Positions 37,271 to 46,458 of a DNA stretch of 64,000 bases are shown here, one piece after another; the stretch's first letter is position 1, and each line of letters opens with the position of its first letter. The notes under the pieces were generated by a model. The model was not told where the DNA came from, ran no database searches, and saw nothing but the letters and a program-made list of their open reading frames with translations. Location: contig JACKEJ010000008.1 of the NCBI GenBank assembly GCA_020633055.1, forward strand, positions 697,822-761,821, written 5' to 3'. Position numbers and translations under genes: made by a program. Origin of the DNA: Sandaracinaceae bacterium. GTDB taxonomy: Bacteria > Myxococcota_A > Polyangia > Polyangiales > Houyiibacteriaceae.

Positions 37271-38431
37271 CTACCAGGCGCCGCCGGACAACACCTCCGT
37301 CTGCTCCCCGCCAGCGGTCTGTTCCTCGCCGGCCGTCGTGTCCGCGCTCGCTGCCGAGAACGGCTGCCCCGCCGTGGTCGCCCCGCCGGGCGCCTGAAGG
37401 AGCGGATGCTGCACGTGGAACGTGCGCCGCCAGGGGGACTCCTCCATCTGGATGGCCACCAAACCGTCGGACGCGCAGCGCCCTTCTTCGGACTGCCGGG
37501 CGACCGAGCTGTACAGCACCTGTCCGCCGGTCGTGACGACGTCGAGCGCCGAGATGTTGCACTCGGCGCGCACCGCCTCGAGGGCTTCGAGGGGCCACTC
37601 GGCGCCGATGCGGACGCGATTCAGGAAGTCACGGAACTCGGGCTGCTGCGCGTCGTAGTCGTCTGGGTGGTTCGCGTAGCCGATCAGCATCAGAACCGGG
37701 AAGAAGGTCGTCTGGCCCACGGTGCGCCCACCGAGCGATGGCATTCGCGCGGACCTCACCATCTGTTCGCGAGCGAACACGAACCCGGGGCGCACGAGGA
37801 CGAGGTGACTGCGCACCCCGCGGGCGTCGGGCGTCAGCTCGAGCTCTGGGACGTTGGCTACCTCGAAGATCACTTCGTGGGCGGGATAGCCCCCTACCGT
37901 CACCTCGCGCGACACCAGGATCTGCGCCGCCCGCTCGCCCGATGCCCGCGCCGTACCGCGACTGAAGTCGTACGAGATGCCACCTCCGTTGGAGGAGTGA
38001 GCGACCAGGTCCCGCAGGATCACGGCCAGCTCACGCTCGCTGTCGTACTGGGAGATGGGGACCGTGATGACGAAGAGCCGGGCGTCGTTGCGGCGGTGGT
38101 TGAACTTGAGATCGAACCGCGGCAGCGTGACGGTGCCCTCGAAGTCACCATCACCGTCGTAGTCGAGCCCTACCTCCACTTCGTAGGCGTCCCCCTCCTT
38201 CGGCTCACCCAAGGCGCTGCCGTCCGCGGAAGGCGCGTAGTTGTCCAGTCGCCACTCACGAGACATCACGTCGTCCGTGCCCGGCAAGGCCGCGACCGAG
38301 TAGTCGTACGAGGCGTGATGGAACCCACCTCCGTCGGTTGTGAAGATGGGGAAGCTGGAGCGGGAGCCCGCGCAGCTCACGACGACGAGGACACCGAGCA
38401 GAACCGAAAACGTGCGGACGAACGAGGACAT
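37271..38431 (-). CDS. Hypothetical lipoprotein
   Basis: MSSFVRTFSVLLGVLVVVSC lipoprotein signal, ATG at 38431. The ORF-track start at 38668 is rejected. Confidence 0.6.
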   Translation of the reverse strand: MSSFVRTFSVLLGVLVVVSCAGSRSSFPIFTTDGGGFHHASYDYSVAALPGTDDVMSREWRLDNYAPSADGSALGEPKEGDAYEVEVGLDYDGDGDFEGTVTLPRFDLKFNHRRNDARLFVITVPISQYDSERELAVILRDLVAHSSNGGGISYDFSRGTARASGERAAQILVSREVTVGGYPAHEVIFEVANVPELELTPDARGVRSHLVLVRPGFVFAREQMVRSARMPSLGGRTVGQTTFFPVLMLIGYANHPDDYDAQQPEFRDFLNRVRIGAEWPLEALEAVRAECNISALDVVTTGGQVLYSSVARQSEEGRCASDGLVAIQMEESPWRRTFHVQHPLLQAPGGATTAGQPFSAASADTTAGEEQTAGGEQTEVLSGGAW

Positions 38432-38579
38432 GGGTCCCTCCGAAAATGGTGGGTGACGATAACGGTGACCCCGCGCCCACGCAACCCACGTGTGGGTCTC
38501 GACACGTCCGGCACGCGCCTGAGCCGAGCGCCGCGCGCACGCACGACCCATCACGTTCTCTGGCAGCTGCGTCGGCCGC

Positions 38580-39638
38580 TCAGGTCGCGCCGAGGATGAC
38601 GCCCAGCGACACCGTCGAGACGATGCCCCACAGGACCGCCCCTTGCAGAAACGGGCGCGCCCCGACACGCCGCAGGGCGGCCGGGCTGAGCGACGCGCCC
38701 ACGAGGAAGAGCGTCAGCACCAGCACACGCCGCGCGAGCGCGCTCAGCACGTCACCGGCGGGCGCGAAGCTCGGGACGAAGGTCGTGAGCAGCGCGAGGA
38801 CGAGAAAGCCGAGGATGAACCACGGACGGGCAGCGCGCGGAGGGGGCTCGGTCGCGGCGTGGTCGACCTGCCCGTGGGTCAGGGCGTCGCGCTCCGCGCG
38901 CGCGTTGCGCTCTCGGCGGCGCGTGTGCAGCGCGAGGCCAGCCGTGAGCGGGACGATCCAGAGCGCTCGAGCGAGCTTCACGGTGGTGGCCAGCGCGAGG
39001 GCGTCGGGGCCGAAGGTCATGGCTGCGCCGACGACCGAGCTGGTGTCGTGGATGGCGATGGCGCACCACAGCCCGAACGCCTGGTCGCTGAGCGCGAGGG
39101 CGTGCCCCACTGCGGGAAAGACCAACAGCGCCAGCGCGTTGAGCGCGAAGACGGTACCGAGCGCGGCGGTCACCTGATGCTCGCGAGCACGCACCGTGGG
39201 GGCCACCGCGGCGATGGCGCTGCCGCCGCAGATGGCCGTGCCCGCCGCGACCAACAGGCCAGTCAGCGCGTCCACCCGCAGCAGGCGCGCAAACAGTCGA
39301 CCGAGCGCGAGGCAGAGCGCGATGCTGCCCACCGCCAGGCCCGCTCCGAGCGCACCCACCTGCGCCACCGCGCGCAGGTCGAGCCCCGCCCCGAGCCCCA
39401 CCACCGAGAGCGTGAGCAGCCGCTTGGCCAATCGACCGCTCTCTGCCTCCCACGCGTTCAGGCCGAGGAGCGCCACACCGACACCGAGCGCCAGCGCACC
39501 CACGGACCCCAACTTCGGGACCAGCAAGCACAGCAGACCAAGAGCGGGGAGGACCACACGATTCCACGCCCGTCGATGGCCGTGAGCCAGAGACGCGGCG
39601 GAGCAGAGGTGGAGCGCAAGCGTGGACATGAGCGACAA
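38580..39638 (-). CDS. YeiH/UPF0324 family putative sulfate-exporter-type membrane protein
   Basis: About 10 TM segments and the motif GTAICGGSAIAAVAP. Divergent from a LysR regulator, as in the yeiE-yeiH arrangement. Confidence 0.75.
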   Translation of the reverse strand: MSLMSTLALHLCSAASLAHGHRRAWNRVVLPALGLLCLLVPKLGSVGALALGVGVALLGLNAWEAESGRLAKRLLTLSVVGLGAGLDLRAVAQVGALGAGLAVGSIALCLALGRLFARLLRVDALTGLLVAAGTAICGGSAIAAVAPTVRAREHQVTAALGTVFALNALALLVFPAVGHALALSDQAFGLWCAIAIHDTSSVVGAAMTFGPDALALATTVKLARALWIVPLTAGLALHTRRRERNARAERDALTHGQVDHAATEPPPRAARPWFILGFLVLALLTTFVPSFAPAGDVLSALARRVLVLTLFLVGASLSPAALRRVGARPFLQGAVLWGIVSTVSLGVILGAT

Positions 39639-39698
39639 GGTGCGTGGATGCCATCGACATGACGAATCGTTACTTCGGATGTACCATCAGTAGAACCT

Positions 39699-40598
39699 AT
39701 GCCTCCGGCCCGCGACCACTTCGACTCCCGCCACCTCGACGTGCTCCGCGCCGTCATCGATGCGGGCAGCATCACCAAGGCCGCCCGCCAGCTGCACGTG
39801 TCGCAGCCGGCCGTCACGGCCAGCGTTCAGAAGCTCGAGGGCGCGCTGGGCGTGACCCTGCTCGAGCGCTACGCGCGCGGCGTGCGACCGACCGAAGCGG
39901 GGCGCAAGTTGCTCGGGCACGCACGGCGGGTGGACTCGCTGCTGGACGAGCTGGTGGCGGACGTGACCGAACGCGAAGCGCCCCTCGCGCCGCTGGTGCT
40001 CGGTGCCAGCACGACCATCGCAGCCGGCTTGGTCCCCAAGCTGTTCGCCCGCTTCCGAGCCCAGCACGGCGCGGCGGGGCTGCGGCTGGTGGTGGGCAAC
40101 ACGAGCGAGATCATCGCGCAGGTGGAGAGCGGCGCCTTGCCCCTGGGGCTGGTGGAGGGCCCGCCGCGGGCGGCGCGGGTGCGCCTCGAGCGGCTGCTGG
40201 ACGACACGTTGCTGCCGGTGGTGGCCGCGAGCTCCCCCTTCCGACGCGACAACGTGGACCTGGACACCCCCGTCTTGTGGCGCGAGGTGGGCTCGGGCAC
40301 GCGCACCGTGGTGGAGCGCGCGCTGCGCAAGATCGGCCGCAAGCCCATGCCCTTCGACCTCGAGCTGGGCAGCACAGCGGCCATCCGTCGGGCCGTGGGG
40401 CTCTCGCTGGGCGTGGCCTTCCTGTCGCGCTGGTCCGTCGGCGAGGACCTCGCGGCGGGGCGCTTGCGCGTGCTGCGGCTGCCGGAGCTGAACATCCAAC
40501 GGCGCTTCTCGTGGGCGCTGCCCAGCGCCCCACTGGGAGGCACGGCGGCGCGCTTCCATGCGTTCGCGAGCGCGGAGCACGAAGGGCTCGAGGTGTAG
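39699..40598 (+). CDS. LysR family transcriptional regulator
   Basis: HTH LRAVIDAGSITKAARQLHVSQPAVTASVQKLE followed by a LysR substrate-binding domain. Confidence 0.9.
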   Translation: MPPARDHFDSRHLDVLRAVIDAGSITKAARQLHVSQPAVTASVQKLEGALGVTLLERYARGVRPTEAGRKLLGHARRVDSLLDELVADVTEREAPLAPLVLGASTTIAAGLVPKLFARFRAQHGAAGLRLVVGNTSEIIAQVESGALPLGLVEGPPRAARVRLERLLDDTLLPVVAASSPFRRDNVDLDTPVLWREVGSGTRTVVERALRKIGRKPMPFDLELGSTAAIRRAVGLSLGVAFLSRWSVGEDLAAGRLRVLRLPELNIQRRFSWALPSAPLGGTAARFHAFASAEHEGLEV

Positions 40599-40642
40599 CG
40601 CGCGCAGCCTTCCTCTAGCCCGCGCAACGCCCGTGTGCTCTC

Positions 40643-41413
40643 GTGTGCGCGATGTGGCAAGGCACGCGCGCGAAGGACTGGCTGCTGCTGGGTGTGTGCC
40701 TGATGGCCACCGTCGGGTCGGTCGCGGGGCGGGCGTACCGCTCGGAAGACGACGGCCTGCTCGCCGTCGGTGCCTTCTTTGGTGCCTGTACGGTCGTCGC
40801 CATCAAGATCCTCGTCGACAGGCGCCGTGCGCACCAGACACGGCTCCGCGCCCCTGGTGCCTCTGCGATGCCGGGGCAGGTGCCGATCGTGCCAAACCGT
40901 CGGCGGGTAGTCGGTGTGGCCCTCGGGATCGCGGCGCTCGGCGCGTTCATGGCCGTGACGGGGGCGTCCGTCGGTCGCGCCTTCGTCATCATGAGCGTGC
41001 TGCTAGCGACGTTGGGCCTGGCGCTCCTCGTGGCGTCGGCGCTCGGGCGGGGTGCGCCCACGCTCACGTTCACGCCGCTCGGGCTGCGCGTCGAGAACCG
41101 GGTGCTAACGTTCCTGGTGCCCTGGGACGAGGTGTACATACGCCTCTACGTGCTCAGGGAGCAGGACTTCATCGCGCTCACCCTGAAGCGCCCCGAGGAG
41201 ACCGCTCGCAACGCGGACGTGCGACGCGGCGATGCGGCGCGCGAACGTGCCAAGCTCGACCTGCGCTTCCGGCGCACCCGGAAGTGGGCTGGAGACGACT
41301 TCCACATCGCCCCGGCGGCTTACGACGTGGACATGGAGACGATGCTGCGAGCGCTGCAGCGCTACGCCACCGACCCAGCCGCGCGCGCGGAGCTTGCGCA
41401 CAGGGTGTCCTGA
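40643..41413 (+). CDS. Hypothetical membrane protein
   Basis: Four predicted TM segments, then a soluble C-terminal domain. Start is GTG 40643 or ATG 40652. Confidence 0.5.
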   Translation: MCAMWQGTRAKDWLLLGVCLMATVGSVAGRAYRSEDDGLLAVGAFFGACTVVAIKILVDRRRAHQTRLRAPGASAMPGQVPIVPNRRRVVGVALGIAALGAFMAVTGASVGRAFVIMSVLLATLGLALLVASALGRGAPTLTFTPLGLRVENRVLTFLVPWDEVYIRLYVLREQDFIALTLKRPEETARNADVRRGDAARERAKLDLRFRRTRKWAGDDFHIAPAAYDVDMETMLRALQRYATDPAARAELAHRVS

Positions 41414-41464
41414 GCGGCTGCGGCGAAGTCGGCCGGCGACCGCATCGACGCGACCGTCGCGCGC

Positions 41465-41905
41465 TCAGCGGGGAGCGTGATCGTCGGCGGGCCGGGCGAT
41501 GCCGAGCGCCTTGTGGCACCAGACCACGGCCTCGGGCTCGCTCGTGAAGGTCCCTTGGGGCCACGGCGTGGCGCCCGTGAGCCACGACACGACGGTCACC
41601 GCGCCGGCGACGATGGGGTTCGTGACGATGCGCGCGTCCGCGCCGATGCGCGCCTCGAGCCCCGCGTGCTTGAGCCCGAGCGTGCGCTCCGCGACCACCG
41701 CGCGATGGCGCGCCGTGACGCTCATCAGCTCGAGCGCCCGCAAGTCGTGCACCAGCGCCACGGGGCTCTGGGCCTCGCGCAGGATGCGCTCCACGGTGTC
41801 GTACCACTCGTGGATGGCCTCGAAGGTGCCCGCCTGCGGCATGCGCAGGATGACCACGGGGTAGCGCTGCAGCTCGAAGCGGACCTTGTGGTTTGGCTCA
41901 CCCAT
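41465..41905 (-). CDS. Hypothetical protein
   Basis: ATG at 41905 (MGEPNHKVRFEL...). No motif recognised. Confidence 0.45.
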   Translation of the reverse strand: MGEPNHKVRFELQRYPVVILRMPQAGTFEAIHEWYDTVERILREAQSPVALVHDLRALELMSVTARHRAVVAERTLGLKHAGLEARIGADARIVTNPIVAGAVTVVSWLTGATPWPQGTFTSEPEAVVWCHKALGIARPADDHAPR

Positions 41906-42070
41906 CGGGGCGCAGTTGAACCACAACGTGGGCCCGAAGTCGAGCGCCCGCGCGGTGCACACGAGCACCACGGGCAGCAGGCCACGGACGCTGCGGCTCA
42001 CGAGCCCGCAGCGGGAAGGCCCGCGCCCTGGGTGGACTGACGCGACGACGGCCGAGCGTCGCGAGGGACG

Positions 42071-43141
42071 GTGCTCGACACGTCTGGTTTCGATACCCTA
42101 CGTGGCGTGCATCCCGCGAGACCCCACGGAGAGCTCGGGACCCGGCAGGCGTGGCCGTGGCTCGCGTGGCTGTGTGGGCTGATCGTGGGCTGCGTAGGTG
42201 GCGCCCCGCTCCCGCAGGCAGCGGCCCCCGTGTCGTCCATGCCCAGCCAGCGCCTCCCCTCGCTGGACGCCCTGGTCGCTCCGGAGGCCTTCGCGGAGGC
42301 GCGCCTCGACCTGCGCCGGGTGCTGGCCGATCCCACATTCGTCGCCCTCGAGCGGCGGCTGATCGAGATCCTGCGCGTGGACGACAACGCACAGGATGTC
42401 GCGTACTGGCAAGGGCTCGCTCACCGCGTGGAGCAGGTGGCGTGGGCCGCCGAGGGCCCCCCAGGCAGCCGCTTCGACGACCTGGTGGTGCTCGCGCGCG
42501 GTCGTTTCGGCACGGAGGACCTCGAGCGCCTGTCCGAGGGCGCCCGGGCGACCGACTACGAGGGGCGTCCCCTGCGCGTGCAAGGCACGTGGGCGGCAGG
42601 CCTGATCGGGGACCACACGCTCGTCGTGGGACCCCTCCGTCACGTCGAGGCCACCTGCGACCGCTTCGATGGACGGCGCCCCGCGGGCCCCGGGGCACAC
42701 GCGACACTGGCAGAGGCACGCGGACGCGCAGGTTTCGGGCACCACCCGCTGACCTACGCCGTGCACTGGCGTTCGTCCCCCGACAGCACCGACAACGAGG
42801 CCGAGCGAGCGGTCATCGCGCACGACGGCCACTGCGCCGTCGACCCGGCGCTGCGCTGCGAGTTCGGCATCACCACCAACGACGCCGACGCGCTCGAGCC
42901 GCTCCGAGCGCAGCTGCAGCAGGTCCTCGACCTCTTCGCGGCGCCGACCCCCGCGTTCCCGCTGCCCGAGCCGCTGGCCGCCATGGCGCGAGCCGTGACC
43001 TTCCGCACCGAAGGCACACGCCTCGTCGCCGCATTGGTCCAGACCCCCGAGGAGCTACACGCCGCGCTCGACGCGGCCCTCGACGTGCTGGCGTCACGCC
43101 TCGAAGTCCGCCGCGCGAACGGCGCCCCGGGCGGGCCGTAG
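42071..43141 (+). CDS. Hypothetical lipoprotein
   Basis: Lipobox LIVGC. 356-aa ORF with good codon bias. Confidence 0.55.
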   Translation: MLDTSGFDTLRGVHPARPHGELGTRQAWPWLAWLCGLIVGCVGGAPLPQAAAPVSSMPSQRLPSLDALVAPEAFAEARLDLRRVLADPTFVALERRLIEILRVDDNAQDVAYWQGLAHRVEQVAWAAEGPPGSRFDDLVVLARGRFGTEDLERLSEGARATDYEGRPLRVQGTWAAGLIGDHTLVVGPLRHVEATCDRFDGRRPAGPGAHATLAEARGRAGFGHHPLTYAVHWRSSPDSTDNEAERAVIAHDGHCAVDPALRCEFGITTNDADALEPLRAQLQQVLDLFAAPTPAFPLPEPLAAMARAVTFRTEGTRLVAALVQTPEELHAALDAALDVLASRLEVRRANGAPGGP

Positions 43142-43397
43142 CGCACCGAGACCGAGGTCGACGGTGGCCCCTCCCGGTCGTCGTGTGCGCCCACGCGTGC
43201 TCGTCCTCGTGTTCGCCCTCGTCGTCGTAGTCCTGTTCGTGTTCGTGGGCGTGCGCGTGCGCGTGCGCGTCCTCGTGAGGGTGCTTGTAGACGTGAACGT
43301 GCTCGTGAGGGTGCTCGTAGACGTGAACGTGCTCGTCTCGACCTTCCACAGGGAGGCTCGACGATGCGCCGCTTCGCAGCAAGGTCACCACGCTCAC
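42870..43397 (-). CDS. Possible His-rich protein or remnant (His-rich segment 43185-43340)
   Basis: The frame reads DEHVHVYEHPHEHVHVYKHPHEDAHAHAHAHEHEQDYDDEGEHEDEHAWAH. The ORF has no stop until 42870 and would overlap the convergent gene 42071..43141 by about 270 nt, so its extent and reality are doubtful. Confidence 0.3.
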   Translation of the reverse strand: MSVVTLLRSGASSSLPVEGRDEHVHVYEHPHEHVHVYKHPHEDAHAHAHAHEHEQDYDDEGEHEDEHAWAHTTTGRGHRRPRSRCATARPGRRSRGGLRGVTPARRGPRRARRVAPRGSGPMRRRGVCLRCGRSRLAPWRPAARAAGTRGSAPRRGRGPAAAALGAARARRRRWW

Positions 43398-43559
43398 CGC
43401 GCGAGGCTTCTCGCTCTTCGTCCGCGAGGCTCGCAGACGGACGAGGTCGAAGACGACACCACACGTCCTGGCCGAGCCTCACGCAACATCGCGAAACCGT
43501 GCTCGGTGTTGTCGGGCGACCCGGCTGCCCGTGGCGTTCTGGAGGCGTCGGCGTAGCGC

Positions 43560-43805
43560 TTGGAGGTCTCGCCGCGCGCCGACGTGCACGACCACACTCA
43601 CGAGGACGCGCACGCGCACGCGCACGAACACGCGGACGACTACGAACACGAGCACGCGAACGAGCACACTCACGAGGACGCGCACGCGCACGAACACGCG
43701 GACGACTACGAACACGAGCACGCGGACGACTACGAACACGAACACGAACACGAGGAGGGGCACGGGGACAGCGGAGACGGGAGGTGCGAGCCCGGCCGAG
43801 CGTAG
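43560..43805 (+). CDS. Small His/Asp/Glu-rich protein (20 His in 81 codons by my count)
   Basis: HxH and HADDYEHEH repeats. This frame has the expected GC-rich first and third codon positions and an A-rich second position. Start is TTG 43560 or GTG 43584, both with weak SD spacing. The ORF ends 78 nt before the carboxyltransferase gene. Confidence 0.45.
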   Translation: MEVSPRADVHDHTHEDAHAHAHEHADDYEHEHANEHTHEDAHAHEHADDYEHEHADDYEHEHEHEEGHGDSGDGRCEPGRA

Positions 43806-43882
43806 GGCGTGCCGGGAGCACTTCCCGTGTGGTGCGGCGACGCGGTCGGGGTACCTTCGCGCCCCCACGAGGAGCGACCCCC

Positions 43883-45424
43883 ATGGCAGAGAAGATGCGT
43901 CCCGAGCTGAGCGCGCTCTACGAGCGGCTGTCGCGCACCGAAGACGGCGTGCGCAGCGAGGCCGCCCGCAAGCGGCACGAGAAGGGCTTTCGTACCGCGC
44001 GCGAGAACCTCGCGGACCTCGTGGACCCGGGCACCTTCCTCGAGTACGGGCAGCTGGCCGTCGCGGCGCAGCGCAGCCGACGCGACCCCGAGGACCTGCA
44101 GGTGAACACCGCGGCAGACGGCATCATCACGGGCGTCGGGTCGGTCAACGCAGCGCTGGTCGGCGACGAAGCCGCGCAGACGGCCGTGCTGATCGGCGAC
44201 TACGCCGTGCTGGCCGGGACGCAGGGCTACTTTCACCACAAGAAGCTCGACCGCATGTGCGAGCTGGCGGAGCAGCTGCACCTGCCCGCGGTCATGTACA
44301 CGGAGGGCGGCGGTGGACGCCCGGGTGACACCGACATCGTGACGGGCGTCTCGGGCCTCGACGTGCGCTCGTTCCTCAGCTGGGCGCGCCTCGGCGGCAT
44401 CGTGCCGCGCATCGCGGTCAACAACGGCTACTGCTTCGCGGGGAACGCGGCGCTGTTCGGCGCGGCGGACATCACCATCGCCACGAAGACCTCGTACATC
44501 GGCATGGCCGGTCCCGCGATGATCGAGTACGGCGGGCTGGGCAAGCACGCGCCGACGGAGATCGGCCCGAGCGACGTGCAGGAGCTCAACGGCGTGCTGG
44601 ACATCGTCGCCGACGACGAAGCCGAGGCCACGGCGGCCGCCAAGAAGGTGCTGAGCTACTTCCAAGGGCGCGTCCGCGAGTGGCACGCGCCCGACCAGCG
44701 GCCCCTGCGCGACGCGCTGCCCGAGGACCGTCGCTTTGGGTACAACGTGCGTCGCGTGATCGACACGCTGGCCGACACGGGCAGCTTCACCGAGCTGCGC
44801 CGCGCGCACGGCCGCAACGTCATCACGGGCTTCATGCGCCTCGAGGGGCTGCCGGTGGGCCTGGTCACGAGCGACTGCCAGCACCTGGCCGGCGCGGTGG
44901 ACAGCGTGGCCGCCGAGAAGACGGCGCGCTTCCTGACGCTCTGCGACGCGTTCCGCCTGCCCATCGTCGTGCTGACCGACACGCCGGGCTTCATGGTGGG
45001 CGTCGACAGTGAGCGACAGGGCGCGGTGCGCAAGATGTCGCAGCTGATGGTGGCGGGCGCGAGCGTGACGGTGCCCATCGTCAACATCATCTTGCGCAAG
45101 GCCTATGGCCTCGGCGCCATGGCGCTGGCGGGCGGGAGCCTGGCGAAGCCCATCTACACCGCCGCGTGGCCCACCGGCGAGGTGGGCGCCATGGGGCTCG
45201 AAGGCGCTGTGCAGCTGGGCTACCGCAAGGAGCTGGAGGCCGTGAGCGACCCACGCGAGCGCGAGGCGCTGTTCGAGCAGCTGCTGCGCAAGCTCTACGC
45301 CCAGGGCAAGGCGACGGAGTCGGCCAGCTTTCTGGAGATCGACGCGGTCATCGACCCCGCGGACACGCGCCGCACCATCGTGCGCGCCCTGCTGGCAGCG
45401 CGCGCCAAGCGGCCTACCCTGTGA
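43883..45424 (+). CDS. Acyl-CoA carboxylase carboxyltransferase (beta) subunit
   Basis: About 513 aa with the two carboxyltransferase halves (GGARMQEG-type region read as YTEGGGGRPGD, and a C-terminal AYGLGAMAL region). ATG at 43883; the Arg-rich in-frame extension from 43364 is rejected. Confidence 0.8.
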   Translation: MAEKMRPELSALYERLSRTEDGVRSEAARKRHEKGFRTARENLADLVDPGTFLEYGQLAVAAQRSRRDPEDLQVNTAADGIITGVGSVNAALVGDEAAQTAVLIGDYAVLAGTQGYFHHKKLDRMCELAEQLHLPAVMYTEGGGGRPGDTDIVTGVSGLDVRSFLSWARLGGIVPRIAVNNGYCFAGNAALFGAADITIATKTSYIGMAGPAMIEYGGLGKHAPTEIGPSDVQELNGVLDIVADDEAEATAAAKKVLSYFQGRVREWHAPDQRPLRDALPEDRRFGYNVRRVIDTLADTGSFTELRRAHGRNVITGFMRLEGLPVGLVTSDCQHLAGAVDSVAAEKTARFLTLCDAFRLPIVVLTDTPGFMVGVDSERQGAVRKMSQLMVAGASVTVPIVNIILRKAYGLGAMALAGGSLAKPIYTAAWPTGEVGAMGLEGAVQLGYRKELEAVSDPREREALFEQLLRKLYAQGKATESASFLEIDAVIDPADTRRTIVRALLAARAKRPTL

Positions 45425-45441
45425 GCGTGAGACGACCCGGG

Positions 45442-46362
45442 ATGATCCCAGCATACTCGCTCGGCATCGCGCTCGCGCTGCTGGGCTGCGCTGCCGGCGC
45501 GGGCACGTCGGGCGGCGTCGCCCCTGCCGTGTTGGTCGCTCCCAGCACGGAAGGGGTGCAGCAAGGCGCGGAGGGGAGCACACGGCCCCTCAGCCCCGAG
45601 CCGTTCGGGGAAGACCGCTATGGCTTCGTAGAAGCCAGCAGCGCCAACGGCCGCTACGTCGCGCTGCGTCGCTTCGTCGAGCGCGACGAGCCGCAGTTCG
45701 GGCACCACGGAGAGGTCATGGGCGGCGCCGACTTGGTGGTCGTCGACCTGGTGGACCTCAGCGAGCGCCCCTTCGACGAAGTGGTCGACGTCACACCCGA
45801 CCGGCGCTTCATGCTGTTGTCGGTCGGAGACGCGCCCGTGCTGCTGGACAGCGTGAGGGGCCGCTTCGAGGCCCTGCGCGACGCGGACACGCGGTCCGAT
45901 CACAACGCGTGCCTGGGACCCCGGCAGGCGGTGTTCTCCGCAGCTGGCGCGCGCTTGGGCTGGGTGGTCGACCAGGCGCGGGCGCTGCGCGTGCGAGACC
46001 TCGCCTCGGGTGAGGAGTGGTCGGTGCCTGCCAGCACGCCGCTCTGGCGCGGCTGGCCCGACGACGAGGGGCGCGGCGCCGTGCTGGCCGAGGTCCCGGC
46101 AGGCAGCGCCGAATGGCCGCAGCAGCACACCAGCTGCGCGTGCCGCTGGTGCAACCGCTTCGCCATGTCGTTCGGCTTCTATGGCTGGGGCGGCCCGACG
46201 TTTGCGCTCACGCACGTGGACGGCGCGGGGGTCCGCACCTCGTCGGAGGTCACCGAGGGCGAGCGCCGCTGGCACGGCCCGGACGACGCAGGCTGCACGC
46301 TCACCCCCGAGGACGGCGAGCGCGGCTACGCGCAGGGCCCCTGGCGCCGCGCGTGTCCGTGA
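45442..46362 (+). CDS. Hypothetical lipoprotein
   Basis: MIPAYSLGIALALLGC lipoprotein signal. The C-terminus is Cys- and Trp-rich. Confidence 0.55.
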   Translation: MIPAYSLGIALALLGCAAGAGTSGGVAPAVLVAPSTEGVQQGAEGSTRPLSPEPFGEDRYGFVEASSANGRYVALRRFVERDEPQFGHHGEVMGGADLVVVDLVDLSERPFDEVVDVTPDRRFMLLSVGDAPVLLDSVRGRFEALRDADTRSDHNACLGPRQAVFSAAGARLGWVVDQARALRVRDLASGEEWSVPASTPLWRGWPDDEGRGAVLAEVPAGSAEWPQQHTSCACRWCNRFAMSFGFYGWGGPTFALTHVDGAGVRTSSEVTEGERRWHGPDDAGCTLTPEDGERGYAQGPWRRACP

Positions 46363-46458
46363 GCGCGCGCGGTGCGGGCCCGCGTGCCGCCCGCCGCAGT
46401 CCATGCCGCGTCGCTGCACAGCGCCGCGCCGTCGCGCTGCCTCGCGCACGCTCGGGCG

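Noticed and set aside
43164-43868. Val/Arg/Phe-rich ORFs (43164..43556 plus strand; 43479..43868 minus strand), antisense to the His-rich frames.
   Set aside because: They are codon-register mirror images of the His-rich frames (GTG versus CAC). They would be convergent and mutually overlapping, and the minus-strand one would start 15 nt from the carboxyltransferase ATG. Composition cannot formally exclude them, so this ambiguity is stated in the finding.
43364-43882. In-frame 173-codon Arg-rich N-terminal extension of the carboxyltransferase (RARARARTRGRLRTRA...), preceded by a good GGGAGG-N7-ATG.
   Set aside because: Through the repeat region this frame has A-rich third codon positions, opposite to the genome's strong GC3 bias. 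The carboxyltransferase has a normal N-terminus from ATG 43883. The SD-like match is noted but is insufficient on its own.
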